Below, piece after piece: positions 55,615 through 64,000 of a DNA stretch of 64,000 nt; within the stretch, counting starts at the first letter, position 1; the number at the start of each line of letters is the position of its first letter. Under the pieces are notes generated by a model. That model had not been told where the DNA came from. It ran no database searches and was given only the letters and a program-made list of their open reading frames with translations. A program made the position numbers and the translations under genes. The stretch is from Candidatus Omnitrophota bacterium (GTDB lineage Bacteria; Omnitrophota; Gorgyraeia; Zapsychrales; Fredricksoniimonadaceae): the NCBI GenBank assembly GCA_015233335.1, contig JADFXX010000002.1, forward strand, positions 128,891 through 192,890, read 5' to 3'.

Positions 55615-57842
55615 GTCTTTTTAAAAAGGACAAAAGCCAATGCTGCATTAACAATCATCAAAAACAGAAGCGTTTTGTAAATCCCATAGGCCGGAATCAT
55701 AAAAACACTGATCCCTAAAGCTCCCAAGCAGGAGCCCAGTAGATCAGCCGCATAAATAGCCCCCAGCCGGAATTGCCCTTCATATTTTTCTTTTAAAAAA
55801 TATAAAATATTGATACATGAAAATTCTAGACCGATCAATACGCCTATGCCTGCCCCCAGCATGATCCATACCTCCGGTGGTGGAGCCCATTTGACCCCAG
55901 CAGCTAACCACATAACCAAAAACCAAAGAACAAAATATGCCCCAATAGCCGAATGGAGTTTAAATAATTTAATAAAACTGGCAATTGAATCTCTATTCCC
56001 CCAGAAAGCCCCCGCAGCTGTTGCAGCCATAAACGACGAAATAATCCAAGAGATTTTGTAATACAAATTGCCGTAAAAAATCTGAAACCCATAGATAACG
56101 ATCACCTCGGCCGACATCAATGAAAAGCCTCCCATAGCCATAGCGAAAATAATAATAGTCTTATTAACATTCAACTGACTGGATATCCTTGACAGCAGCA
56201 ATATGAATAATACAGCCAAAACCAAAATAAGAAAATAATTTGTCTGCATAACCGAGGCATATAGAACAGCAAAATATTGATGAAAAATGCTCAACCAATA
56301 GACCGAATTATAAAAATAGCCTTGCGGATAAAGATCAGAATTGATCCGTGCCGTTGTGTTGGAGAGAAAAAGATCAAGGGTCTTGGAAACGCGGTCTGTG
56401 GTGTAGCGGTAGACAATTGAAGGAGGTGTAACAAAATAATTTTGAATATTCCTAGATTTAAGCCTTTGGATCAATACTTGCGGGTCACGGGGTAAAGGAC
56501 TAGGTGAAGCCAAGATAAAAAGCACATCTTCGGGAAGAATGACAACCGAATCAAAATTTCTATGTATTGTCTTGTATATGGATGTGCCTAAATTTCCCAA
56601 AGGCTCAGATACGCTGTCCGACGCAAACACTAAATGCGTTGCCATTACCCCATTGGATTTTAAATGCCCGCGCACCTCTTTGAAAAATTCATCAGTAAAA
56701 TAACGGTTGATCAAACCCGTTGAAGGGTTAGGCAGATTAATGATGATCACGTCTAAATCCCTTGGCAGACTCCTTAAAGAAATTCGAGGGTCCCTTTTGA
56801 TTAATTGCACCCTTCCTCCGTCTAAAATCCGGCGCGACGCGGGAATATACTCACGGGCCAAATCGATGATAGATGGATCTAGTTCTGCATAAAATATTTC
56901 TTTAGGGTTATACTTTAAGATCTCCCGTAAAGCACCGTTAAAACCTGATCCGATCAAAAGCACTTTTTGAGGGTTCGCATTGGAAAGCATGGGAAAGTGG
57001 ATGAGGCATTCATTAAAAGCTTCATCACGGTCTGTCCCGACAGGCAGCCCGCTTTCATAAAAATTAAACTGGTCCCCCGTGCGGGTCAGCGCAAGATTCC
57101 CGTATATGGAATTCTGCGTCTTAATGAGCGGCTGCTGAGCAAACCTAAAACCCGCAGTTCGGATGTTAAGCTGATCTGAAAACAAAAAACAAATATGGCC
57201 AAGACAAAATGTTAGTACCGCGGCTATAAGAAAATACTTCTTTGCCGCCACCTTTTCCAAGAACAAGAACATAAGCACCATGCCAAGATTCAAGAAAATA
57301 ACAATGGCGCTGGTCTGAAATTCATTTAAGAACACTAAACCATAACTGAACACCAAGCCGCCCAAAACAAACCCCAGAGCCTCATAAAAGTAAGCTATTC
57401 TCAAAACCCCTGCACGGTCTTGGGATTCACGACATGCCTGCCTATATCCAGAGGCAGCCACAAAGTGCATCCCTAAAACAAGACACAAAGGAGCTATAAC
57501 AATAAAAGAGGTCATCAATGCCGGCATAAGATCGGGGATTTGTCCGGCAGCGTTAGCAGAAAAGCTTTTGCTTAAACGTATCCAGAAAATGGTAAGGGGA
57601 ACTAATACAGCGGCCAGTAAATGACAGGTAAGTACAAGGGACAGCCCACGATGAGGCTTGCTCAGGAATTTTATAATAATACTGCCGACACCAACCCAAA
57701 AAAGCCAACCAAACAGCAGCCACCCGATAAAAAACTCATTCCCATAAAAACTAACTACCAGCTCCCGAGTCATGACGATCTGGGAGACTAGAGAAGTAAA
57801 TCCCAGTATAAAAAGTGACAAAAAAAACATAGGATTGTTCAC
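55611..57842 (-). CDS. Fused polytopic membrane / spermidine-synthase-like protein
   Basis: 743 aa with a GTG start overlapping the upstream stop (GTGA). About 8 N-terminal and about 6 C-terminal TM helices flank a SpeE-like domain (VLLIGSGFNGALREIL, AELDPSIIDLAREY, DVIIINLPNP). Confidence 0.75.
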   Translation of the reverse strand: MNNPMFFLSLFILGFTSLVSQIVMTRELVVSFYGNEFFIGWLLFGWLFWVGVGSIIIKFLSKPHRGLSLVLTCHLLAAVLVPLTIFWIRLSKSFSANAAGQIPDLMPALMTSFIVIAPLCLVLGMHFVAASGYRQACRESQDRAGVLRIAYFYEALGFVLGGLVFSYGLVFLNEFQTSAIVIFLNLGMVLMFLFLEKVAAKKYFLIAAVLTFCLGHICFLFSDQLNIRTAGFRFAQQPLIKTQNSIYGNLALTRTGDQFNFYESGLPVGTDRDEAFNECLIHFPMLSNANPQKVLLIGSGFNGALREILKYNPKEIFYAELDPSIIDLAREYIPASRRILDGGRVQLIKRDPRISLRSLPRDLDVIIINLPNPSTGLINRYFTDEFFKEVRGHLKSNGVMATHLVFASDSVSEPLGNLGTSIYKTIHRNFDSVVILPEDVLFILASPSPLPRDPQVLIQRLKSRNIQNYFVTPPSIVYRYTTDRVSKTLDLFLSNTTARINSDLYPQGYFYNSVYWLSIFHQYFAVLYASVMQTNYFLILVLAVLFILLLSRISSQLNVNKTIIIFAMAMGGFSLMSAEVIVIYGFQIFYGNLYYKISWIISSFMAATAAGAFWGNRDSIASFIKLFKLHSAIGAYFVLWFLVMWLAAGVKWAPPPEVWIMLGAGIGVLIGLEFSCINILYFLKEKYEGQFRLGAIYAADLLGSCLGALGISVFMIPAYGIYKTLLFLMIVNAALAFVLFKKT

Positions 57843-59392
57843 ATTTCCACAGCCACCCCGGAATCGAATTGTCCTTTATAGACGGGAATCATTAATACGA
57901 GCGGGACACAAAAAAGAAAGATGATCATCAAAAACATAGAAATATCATTGTAAGCCATCATTTCTGACTGCTGGGAGACAAGCCCGTTGACCATGGCCAT
58001 CGCGGCTTCACGCGCTCTTCCCAAGGCCATCCCGTGGCGGTACATACCCCCAACCATTTGATGAAAAAGATTAACAAAATTGTAATTAAAACGACTGATA
58101 TGTTCTGCCAGATAAGCGTGGTGGATCTGAGAGTTCCTCTCAAGCAAGGTGGCTACGATAGCATATCCAATATTGCCGCCGACCTGCTGAAAAAGATTAA
58201 ACAACCCTGTAGCCGAGGTGGTATTTTCCTTCTCCAAAGTGCTTAAAGACACTGTTGATAGAGTAACAAAAATAAACGGCATCCCTGTTCCCATCAATAG
58301 AAGGATCGGAACAATATTGCCATAACCGGCACTCGTAGCCAAATGGGCCAGCTGGAAATAAGATACACAAACCACGGCAATGCCATAAATCATGAGCTGG
58401 CGGGGATCAACATAGTTGTAAAGTTTGCCTACAATAGGCAAAACAAACATAAGGGCCACAGCCCTTGGCATCAGTACTAAACCCGCCTGATACGCCGGAT
58501 AATTTAAAAGCCGCTGAGTAAACTGCGGTAAGATAAACGTGGTCCCATAAAGCGCAACGCCGAAAACCAGAACAACCAAGACCCCCATGCGAAACTGCAT
58601 GTTCTTAAAGATCCTGAAATTGACCACCGGTTCTGCAACCGACAATTCCCACAACACCAGCGATACTAAACTAATTACCGTAAAGACAGCTGTCCATAGA
58701 ATCCATGGGGAATCAAACCAGTTTTCCTGCTGTCCCCGTTCCAAGAAAACCTGTAGGCCCGTCAACCCCACCGTCAACAAAATGATACCAACAATATCGA
58801 TTTTCTTTATCCCCCGTCTAAGATAGGGGGGGTCATGCACAAAGCTTGCAACCATCAGCATCCCGACTAAACTGATCGGTATATTGATATAAAAAATCCA
58901 TGCCCAGCCATAATGGTCAGTCAACCATCCTCCCAAAACCGGACCAACGGCCGGGGCCACCACCACCCCCATAGAGAAAAGAGCCATGGCCATGCCCTGT
59001 TCTTTTTTTGAAAAAGTCTCACGAATGATAGCCTGCGCCAGGGGGACCAAACTGCCTCCCCCCATACCTTGCAGGATACGGCATATGATCATTTGTGCAA
59101 AGGTGTGCGACATGCCCGCCAGGATAGACCCAACAGTAAAGATCACGAACGAAAACAGATAAAAATTCTTTCTACCGACTAAGGTTGACCACCATCCTGC
59201 CATGGTCAGCATGATGACAGCAGCAATGCTATAGGCCGTGGCGACCCAAGTGATCGCCGATAAATTCTGGCCAAAGCTACCCATCATGTGCGGGAGCGCG
59301 ACATTGACTACACTCACGTCCATCACTCCCATAAACGCCCCGATCATAACCGAGACGCCCACCATCCATTTATTGGGTTTTAAATCATCCAT
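57839..59392 (-). CDS. MFS DHA2 (EmrB/QacA-type) efflux transporter, 14 TM
   Basis: 517 aa. VMDVSVVNVALP and LAGWWSTLVGRK motifs typical of EmrB-family transporters. Confidence 0.85.
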   Translation of the reverse strand: MDDLKPNKWMVGVSVMIGAFMGVMDVSVVNVALPHMMGSFGQNLSAITWVATAYSIAAVIMLTMAGWWSTLVGRKNFYLFSFVIFTVGSILAGMSHTFAQMIICRILQGMGGGSLVPLAQAIIRETFSKKEQGMAMALFSMGVVVAPAVGPVLGGWLTDHYGWAWIFYINIPISLVGMLMVASFVHDPPYLRRGIKKIDIVGIILLTVGLTGLQVFLERGQQENWFDSPWILWTAVFTVISLVSLVLWELSVAEPVVNFRIFKNMQFRMGVLVVLVFGVALYGTTFILPQFTQRLLNYPAYQAGLVLMPRAVALMFVLPIVGKLYNYVDPRQLMIYGIAVVCVSYFQLAHLATSAGYGNIVPILLLMGTGMPFIFVTLSTVSLSTLEKENTTSATGLFNLFQQVGGNIGYAIVATLLERNSQIHHAYLAEHISRFNYNFVNLFHQMVGGMYRHGMALGRAREAAMAMVNGLVSQQSEMMAYNDISMFLMIIFLFCVPLVLMIPVYKGQFDSGVAVEM

Positions 59393-59398
59393 GGTTTT

Positions 59399-60274
59399 TT
59401 ATAATTCAATGGTAGGAACGACTGACATCCCCAACTCCAGAGGCTTCTGCGGATCAAGTAAGCCGTCAAAGACAATTTTTACAGGGACCCTTTGGACAAC
59501 CTTAATAAAATTTCCTGTAGCATTCTCAGCAGGTAGCAAGCTAAACCTTGACCCAGTCCCCTGTTGAATACTCTCAACATGGCCGTGGAAAACCACACCC
59601 GGATAAGCATCAACATGAATGATAACCTTGAGCCCAGGTTTGACATGCGTCATCTGAGTTTCTTTCAAATTAGCGATCACCCAACGCTGTGGAGGGACAA
59701 TCGCAAGCAACGCCTGACCTTCCTGTACAAACATACCTGGTTCAACGGCTTTTTGGGTCACCACACCAGAGGTCGGTGCTGCAATATTCGTGTAAGACAT
59801 TTTCAACTGTGCCCCTTCAAGCCGTGCTTGGGCCGCCTCCACCTGAGCCTTGGCCGTATTCCAACGCAGAAGCGCCTTGTCATACTGTTGCTGAGAAATG
59901 TCTTTGCTGGCTAATAATTTCTGATAACGGCCCAGATCCTGCCGGGCTTGTTCTGCTTCAACCTCCGCTGCCCCTAACTCAGCGCGAGCCAAATTAAAAA
60001 AGGCCTGATAGTCCCGTCCATCGATAGCACAAAGAGGCTCTTGGACTGAAACTGTCTGGTTATCTCTCACATAAACCTTATCAATATGCCCTGAAACCTT
60101 GGGACTAATAACAATGACATCCCCTTCAATAAAGGCGTCGTCAGTTGACTCGTGTGTAAAGACGTACCATAACCACCAACCCAACAAAACAACCACAATC
60201 AATGTCGCCGGCGCTGCTAATTTCCAAAACCTTTGATGTAATTCATAAACTTTCGTTACTATTTTGCTGACCAT
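59399..60274 (-). CDS. HlyD/EmrA-type periplasmic adaptor
   Basis: 291 aa. N-terminal TM anchor, coiled-coil hairpin (AELGAAEVEAEQARQDL...), lipoyl/beta-barrel segments. Confidence 0.82.
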   Translation of the reverse strand: MVSKIVTKVYELHQRFWKLAAPATLIVVVLLGWWLWYVFTHESTDDAFIEGDVIVISPKVSGHIDKVYVRDNQTVSVQEPLCAIDGRDYQAFFNLARAELGAAEVEAEQARQDLGRYQKLLASKDISQQQYDKALLRWNTAKAQVEAAQARLEGAQLKMSYTNIAAPTSGVVTQKAVEPGMFVQEGQALLAIVPPQRWVIANLKETQMTHVKPGLKVIIHVDAYPGVVFHGHVESIQQGTGSRFSLLPAENATGNFIKVVQRVPVKIVFDGLLDPQKPLELGMSVVPTIEL

Positions 60275-60287
60275 ATCTGCTCCCTAG

Positions 60288-61640
60288 TTATTCTGATGAA
60301 CTTAAATGAAATGAATCTGTCTGACCCAAAGCGGAATAATAATTCATACGGGCCATATGATACCCAACCAAGGCCGTCACATAAACCTGACGTGAATTCT
60401 CCAGTGTCGTCTGAGCATCAACCACAGCAATATTATTCCCAACCCCATTGGTGTACTGATCACGAGCCAAAACAACTTCTTGGGCCGATAGCCTCAGCGC
60501 ATCTTGCGCGGCCCTGACTTCTTCGTTCGCCGTCGCCAACGTTTGCAAGGCCAGACGGACATCCTCCTCGACTTGGGTCTTAATATCGTCACGCAGTATC
60601 TGGGCTTGAGTTTTTTGACTCTGCTGTTGTTTAATTACCCCTTCAATCTGACCGCCTTCAAAAATGGGCATGTGCACATTAACGGAAATCTGTGCGGCTC
60701 TATGGGCATATTTATTCGGCTGGGCAGCGGACTGCCCATAGTCTCCGTAGAATTCCAGCTTGGGATACCTTTCCCTATTGGCTCCTGATAGAAGATATTG
60801 CTCATATTTAAGTTTGGCGTCAGCAATCGACATCTCTAATCGATCCTTAATGGCTATATGAACGGCATCCAAAACCTCAAAATTTCTTTCATTAAAATAC
60901 TGGAGATTGTCGATCAGGTGAACTTCACTACTCAAAGGTAATCCGATAATACGTTTAAATGAAAGGAAAGAAGTATTGACGCCTTGGATATCCCCTTGCT
61001 CCTTTGCTTTTTGCACTGCCAAACGCGTTTGGGCCCGAATAAGATCCAAGTTAGTCACAAGCCCTGCCCCAAGCTGGTGTTGCGCCAAACTCGTTAACTT
61101 TTGGGCCAAACGCACATCCTGTTCTACGGCCTGTAACTGTTCCTGAGCTCGCAAAACATCTAAATACGCCATGACTGCAGCTGCGATGACCTGTTGTTGA
61201 GCTAATTTCTCCTCAAATTTTGCAATAATCACATCTTCGTTAGCAGCCTGAAATTTGGAAACAGCGCTCAAATCAAAAATCCGTTGAGTAATTTGAAGGC
61301 GTGCATCAAATGAATTAAACGGCCCAATGACCCCAAAAGCCGGTAACCCCTGCGAGGCAAAATTATCCCAAAAAACCCTGCCTTGGGTGGCTCCAAACGA
61401 AAGATGCGGAAGGAGATCAGAATTATTCTGCCATCTGCGCCCGCGTGCCTCATTAATCCGCTCTTGGGCAATTTTAAGAAGAACGTTATTATGCCGGGCC
61501 ATGTCAATCGCTTGCTTAAGGTTTAAACTCAAAACCATCCCCTGCTCATTGATTCTCTGCAAGCCGCTTGCCGCCAATGCATGATTTTGGCTGACAGCCG
61601 TCACTAAAAATATCCAAAAAATAAATTTCCAGACCCTCAT
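60288..61640 (-). CDS. TolC-family outer-membrane efflux protein
   Basis: 450 aa. Signal peptide. Duplicated coiled-coil/beta repeat organisation (LNLKQAIDMA..., YLDVLRAQEQL...). Confidence 0.82.
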   Translation of the reverse strand: MRVWKFIFWIFLVTAVSQNHALAASGLQRINEQGMVLSLNLKQAIDMARHNNVLLKIAQERINEARGRRWQNNSDLLPHLSFGATQGRVFWDNFASQGLPAFGVIGPFNSFDARLQITQRIFDLSAVSKFQAANEDVIIAKFEEKLAQQQVIAAAVMAYLDVLRAQEQLQAVEQDVRLAQKLTSLAQHQLGAGLVTNLDLIRAQTRLAVQKAKEQGDIQGVNTSFLSFKRIIGLPLSSEVHLIDNLQYFNERNFEVLDAVHIAIKDRLEMSIADAKLKYEQYLLSGANRERYPKLEFYGDYGQSAAQPNKYAHRAAQISVNVHMPIFEGGQIEGVIKQQQSQKTQAQILRDDIKTQVEEDVRLALQTLATANEEVRAAQDALRLSAQEVVLARDQYTNGVGNNIAVVDAQTTLENSRQVYVTALVGYHMARMNYYSALGQTDSFHLSSSE

Positions 61641-61676
61641 ACCTTCTCAACCTTCTGATTAAAGGATTTAAATAAT

Positions 61677-62228
61677 TTAAAATGCGGCATGAATAAAGGG
61701 AAAAAATCCTAAATATTTATCATCATCATTAAAGTTAAAAAATCCGATCTGGACCCCATATAAAGATCCTGTGGTATTGATAATCCCAAATTGAATCCCT
61801 CGCAAGTCTTCTTCGGTATCATTAAATAATATGGCAGCCTGAACGCCTGTACAGGAGCCTCTGGCTACATTAGCAAACAGTCCTAACTGAAAACCTTTAA
61901 AATCATGCCCAACTTCATTAAAGAGACCAGACTGCCAGCCTCCAAAATCTTCATGGACCCGATTTACAGCTCCTAACTCAAAGCCATGCGCATTGCCCTT
62001 TATAGTGTTTACGACACCTAGATCAACTCCCTGCAAATCCTCATTGATCCCGTAAATAAGATCTAGTCTAAAACCATCAACACTGTACTCATCCGGATAT
62101 GCCTGAAGGGGATGGAAAAGGCTTACTTCAAGCTGAGTGATTTGTTCTGCCCGGCCAACCATAGGACAAACCACCAACATCCCCAAAATTAATAAATGAG
62201 GAGCCCATAATTTTATGATCTTGAACAT
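61677..62228 (-). CDS. Secreted protein made of tandem G-h-Q-h-G-h-h-N repeats
   Basis: 183 aa with a signal peptide. About 8 repeats of roughly 15 aa (GVDLGVVN, GFELGAVN, GWQSGLFN, GFQLGLFAN, GIQFGIIN, GVQIGFFN). Ends in Phe. Confidence 0.6.
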   Translation of the reverse strand: MFKIIKLWAPHLLILGMLVVCPMVGRAEQITQLEVSLFHPLQAYPDEYSVDGFRLDLIYGINEDLQGVDLGVVNTIKGNAHGFELGAVNRVHEDFGGWQSGLFNEVGHDFKGFQLGLFANVARGSCTGVQAAILFNDTEEDLRGIQFGIINTTGSLYGVQIGFFNFNDDDKYLGFFPFIHAAF

Positions 62229-62243
62229 TTCATGCTCTTTTTA

Positions 62244-62861
62244 TTAATAATTATTCGCTTTCATTTGAAAAACTCCTTTGCTGTTCTGGCAAGTCGGACA
62301 AACAGCCGGTGTTTGCTTGCCGATATGAACATGCCCGCATTCAGCACAAATCCATATCGTTTCTTCATCTTTAGAGAACACTTTATTGTTCCCTATATTT
62401 TGGGCTAATTTGCGATAACGCTCTTCATGCTCTTTTTCAATCTTAGCGATCATTTTAAACTGGGCGGCAATCTTAGGAAAACCCTCCTTCTCGGCAACAC
62501 CCGCAAAGCATGGGTATAAATCTGCAAACTCTTCATGCTCTCCGTCTGCCGATACCAACAGATTATCATAAGTCTCCTTAACCGAACCCGCGGGATAAAC
62601 GGCTGTTATCTCCAAAGGCCCGCCTTCAAGAAATGCAAAAAATGTCTCTGCATGAACTTGTTCATTATGGGCGGTCTCCTCGAATATAGAGGCAATCTGA
62701 CACAAGCCTTCTTCTTGGGCCTTCTGAGCATACATCATATACCTATTACGCGCCTGTGACTCTCCGGCAAAGGCCTTGAGCAGATTCTTGTGTGTTTGGG
62801 TCCCTTTTAAAGTTTTTCCTGAAAGATAACTCGCAAATTTCTCCCGTAATTCTTTTTTCAT
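62244..62861 (-). CDS. rbr: Rubrerythrin
   Basis: 205 aa. Di-iron four-helix motifs (ESQARNRY, ETAHNEQVH, EGEHEE, EKEHEERY). C-terminal rubredoxin-like CAECGH...CPTC. Confidence 0.88.
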   Translation of the reverse strand: MKKELREKFASYLSGKTLKGTQTHKNLLKAFAGESQARNRYMMYAQKAQEEGLCQIASIFEETAHNEQVHAETFFAFLEGGPLEITAVYPAGSVKETYDNLLVSADGEHEEFADLYPCFAGVAEKEGFPKIAAQFKMIAKIEKEHEERYRKLAQNIGNNKVFSKDEETIWICAECGHVHIGKQTPAVCPTCQNSKGVFQMKANNY

Positions 62862-62865
62862 CTAA

Positions 62866-63414
62866 CTATTCCTTTCCTTCTGATTTGTCTTCTTTGAATA
62901 TCCCCTCACCGCTCTGACCCCATAAATGCTTAAATTGTTTCGCATACTTCTGCCCCAATTCTTTATCCGATATAACCAATAAATTCTCAGCATTCTTTTT
63001 GTCTGCTGAAGTGGTCCAATTAAATGAACCTGTTAACACAACCCGAGAATCAATCACAGCAAACTTATTGTGCATCAGTCCGGGCCCCAGCAAAAACTTA
63101 ACGCTTAATCCCTTATTGATCAAATATCTACTTTTCGAAAAGTGATCTTTTATTTGGGCATTATCTAAAACCACCCTTACCTTAACTCCTCGCTTTTTTG
63201 CTTCAATTAACGCTTGAGCTATTTCTCTGGAGGTAAAGGAATACATGGCCGCTTCAATTGACTTTTTGGCCTTGCCAATTTCTGAGATAACCGCCCCCTG
63301 ACAGCCTCCGTTAGGGGAAAAATACACTTCTGTTGAAGCAAATGCGTACGACGATCCCTCGATGAGCAAAAATAAAATTAAAGCGCTTATAAAATATTTC
63401 ATTCGCAAAAACAT
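62866..63414 (-). CDS. Secreted phospholipase-D-family (Nuc-like) nuclease
   Basis: Trimmed from TTG 63420 to the ATG at 63414 with AAGGAG upstream. Signal peptide. Single HKD motif MHNKFAVID...GSFNWT. Confidence 0.75.
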   Translation of the reverse strand: MFLRMKYFISALILFLLIEGSSYAFASTEVYFSPNGGCQGAVISEIGKAKKSIEAAMYSFTSREIAQALIEAKKRGVKVRVVLDNAQIKDHFSKSRYLINKGLSVKFLLGPGLMHNKFAVIDSRVVLTGSFNWTTSADKKNAENLLVISDKELGQKYAKQFKHLWGQSGEGIFKEDKSEGKE

Positions 63415-63416
63415 AT

Positions 63417-64000
63417 TCAATGCTCCTTTCTTAATGCATAATAATAACCGTCTTGTTCCTTTATTTCTACAGATGCTCCAAAAAGTTTACTGATATTGTG
63501 ATCTGTCAAAATGGACGCTTTAGGCCCTTCATCGTAAAACCTCCCATCCTTCATTAAGATCACACGCTTGATCTCAGGAATTATATCAGAGATATTATGG
63601 GTAACAAGAATTATACTGATAGATGTTCTTGATATTTTGCGTAAAATATTGCTGAACTTATAGAGCGCATGCAGATCAAGACTATTTCCCGGCTCATCAA
63701 GAATAAGCGCCTTAGGATCATGAACTAAAGCCCTGCCGATTAAAAAGCGTTTAGCCTCTCCGGATGACATCTCAATCATCATCCTGTCTCTTAAATGTTC
63801 TATTTCCAGGAACTCAATAACTTCTAGGGCTTTTCTTTTCATCTCAGAGGTTATATTCTCTTTAAAAAGACCTACACTGCTGAAAAATCCTGATAAGACT
63901 GTCTCCATACCAGTTATGTTTCGCGCACAGGTGTATTGCAGATCATTTGAAACAATGCCCAATAAAGACCGCAAATCAAATACATCCCATCTATCCTGTC
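63417..64000 (-). CDS. ABC-type ATPase, N-terminus beyond the window (orphan, ModF/YlmA-like)
   Basis: The reading frame is open to the window edge. Signature MSSGEAKR, Walker B ALILDEPGNSLD, H-loop VTHN. Walker A would lie upstream of 64000. Confidence 0.75.
   Translation of the reverse strand, partial: QDRWDVFDLRSLLGIVSNDLQYTCARNITGMETVLSGFFSSVGLFKENITSEMKRKALEVIEFLEIEHLRDRMMIEMSSGEAKRFLIGRALVHDPKALILDEPGNSLDLHALYKFSNILRKISRTSISIILVTHNISDIIPEIKRVILMKDGRFYDEGPKASILTDHNISKLFGASVEIKEQDGYYYALRKEH

Noticed and set aside
62866-64000. Phage-defence system (ATPase plus PLD nuclease).
   Set aside because: The nuclease has a clear N-terminal signal peptide, which argues against a cytoplasmic anti-phage effector. 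The ATPase looks like an ordinary ABC-type NBD and is incomplete in the window.

Overview
Densely coding bacterial chromosomal window with about 68 CDS and no rRNA, tRNA or CRISPR array that I could see. Most genes sit in long minus-strand runs with 1-4 nt start/stop overlaps.

Gene order, left to right:
- argB(partial)-argJ-argC, then rpsI-rplM.
- One IS30-family insertion sequence.
- truA, asd, a leuB-like gene, fabF-acpP-fabG.
- A pterin block: folB, a FolM-like SDR, folE.
- A PHP phosphatase, a VOC protein, an M42 peptidase.
- ispG and ispH (divergent), a 2Fe-2S ferredoxin, moaE, murB.
- A 1036-aa secreted orphan protein, then moaA.
- sufUSDCB preceded by an Rrf2 regulator, a pterin-4a-carbinolamine dehydratase and an Nfu protein.
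- metW-metX-cysK-metY behind a second Rrf2 regulator.
- An outer-membrane protein, uppP, a secreted 505-aa protein, a CpxP-like protein.
- A complete pgaABCD operon.
- A six-gene complex-I/group-4-hydrogenase-like module, preceded by an HTH-PTS-EIIA gene and an ACT-malic enzyme.
- A three-gene membrane plus radical-SAM cluster.
- A fused membrane/spermidine-synthase-like gene behind a TolC-EmrA-EmrB-type pump.
- A Gly/Gln-repeat protein, rubrerythrin, a secreted PLD-family nuclease, and a partial ABC ATPase.

Most interesting:
1. The hydrogenase-like module (44.2-51.2 kb). Its large subunit has none of the four canonical NiFe cysteine ligands. Its NuoB-like subunit carries a NuoI-like N-terminus with the ferredoxin core missing. 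This fits the functionally uncharacterised Ehr architecture. It is translationally coupled to an HTH-EIIA protein.
2. Two long imperfect palindromes (214 bp and 133 bp) in intergenic gaps.
3. A 25-nt direct repeat bracketing a two-gene cassette in front of a membrane-anchored AmmeMemoRadiSam-type radical SAM enzyme.
4. The 1036-aa protein, which has an internal lipoprotein-like signal.

Caveats: the ORF track uses non-ATG starts and longest ORFs, so several starts are trimmed here to ATG codons with an SD-like motif or an ATGA-type overlap. Coordinates of non-ORF features were hand-counted and may be off by 1-2 nt. Nothing was searched against databases, so all family calls rest on motif recognition.
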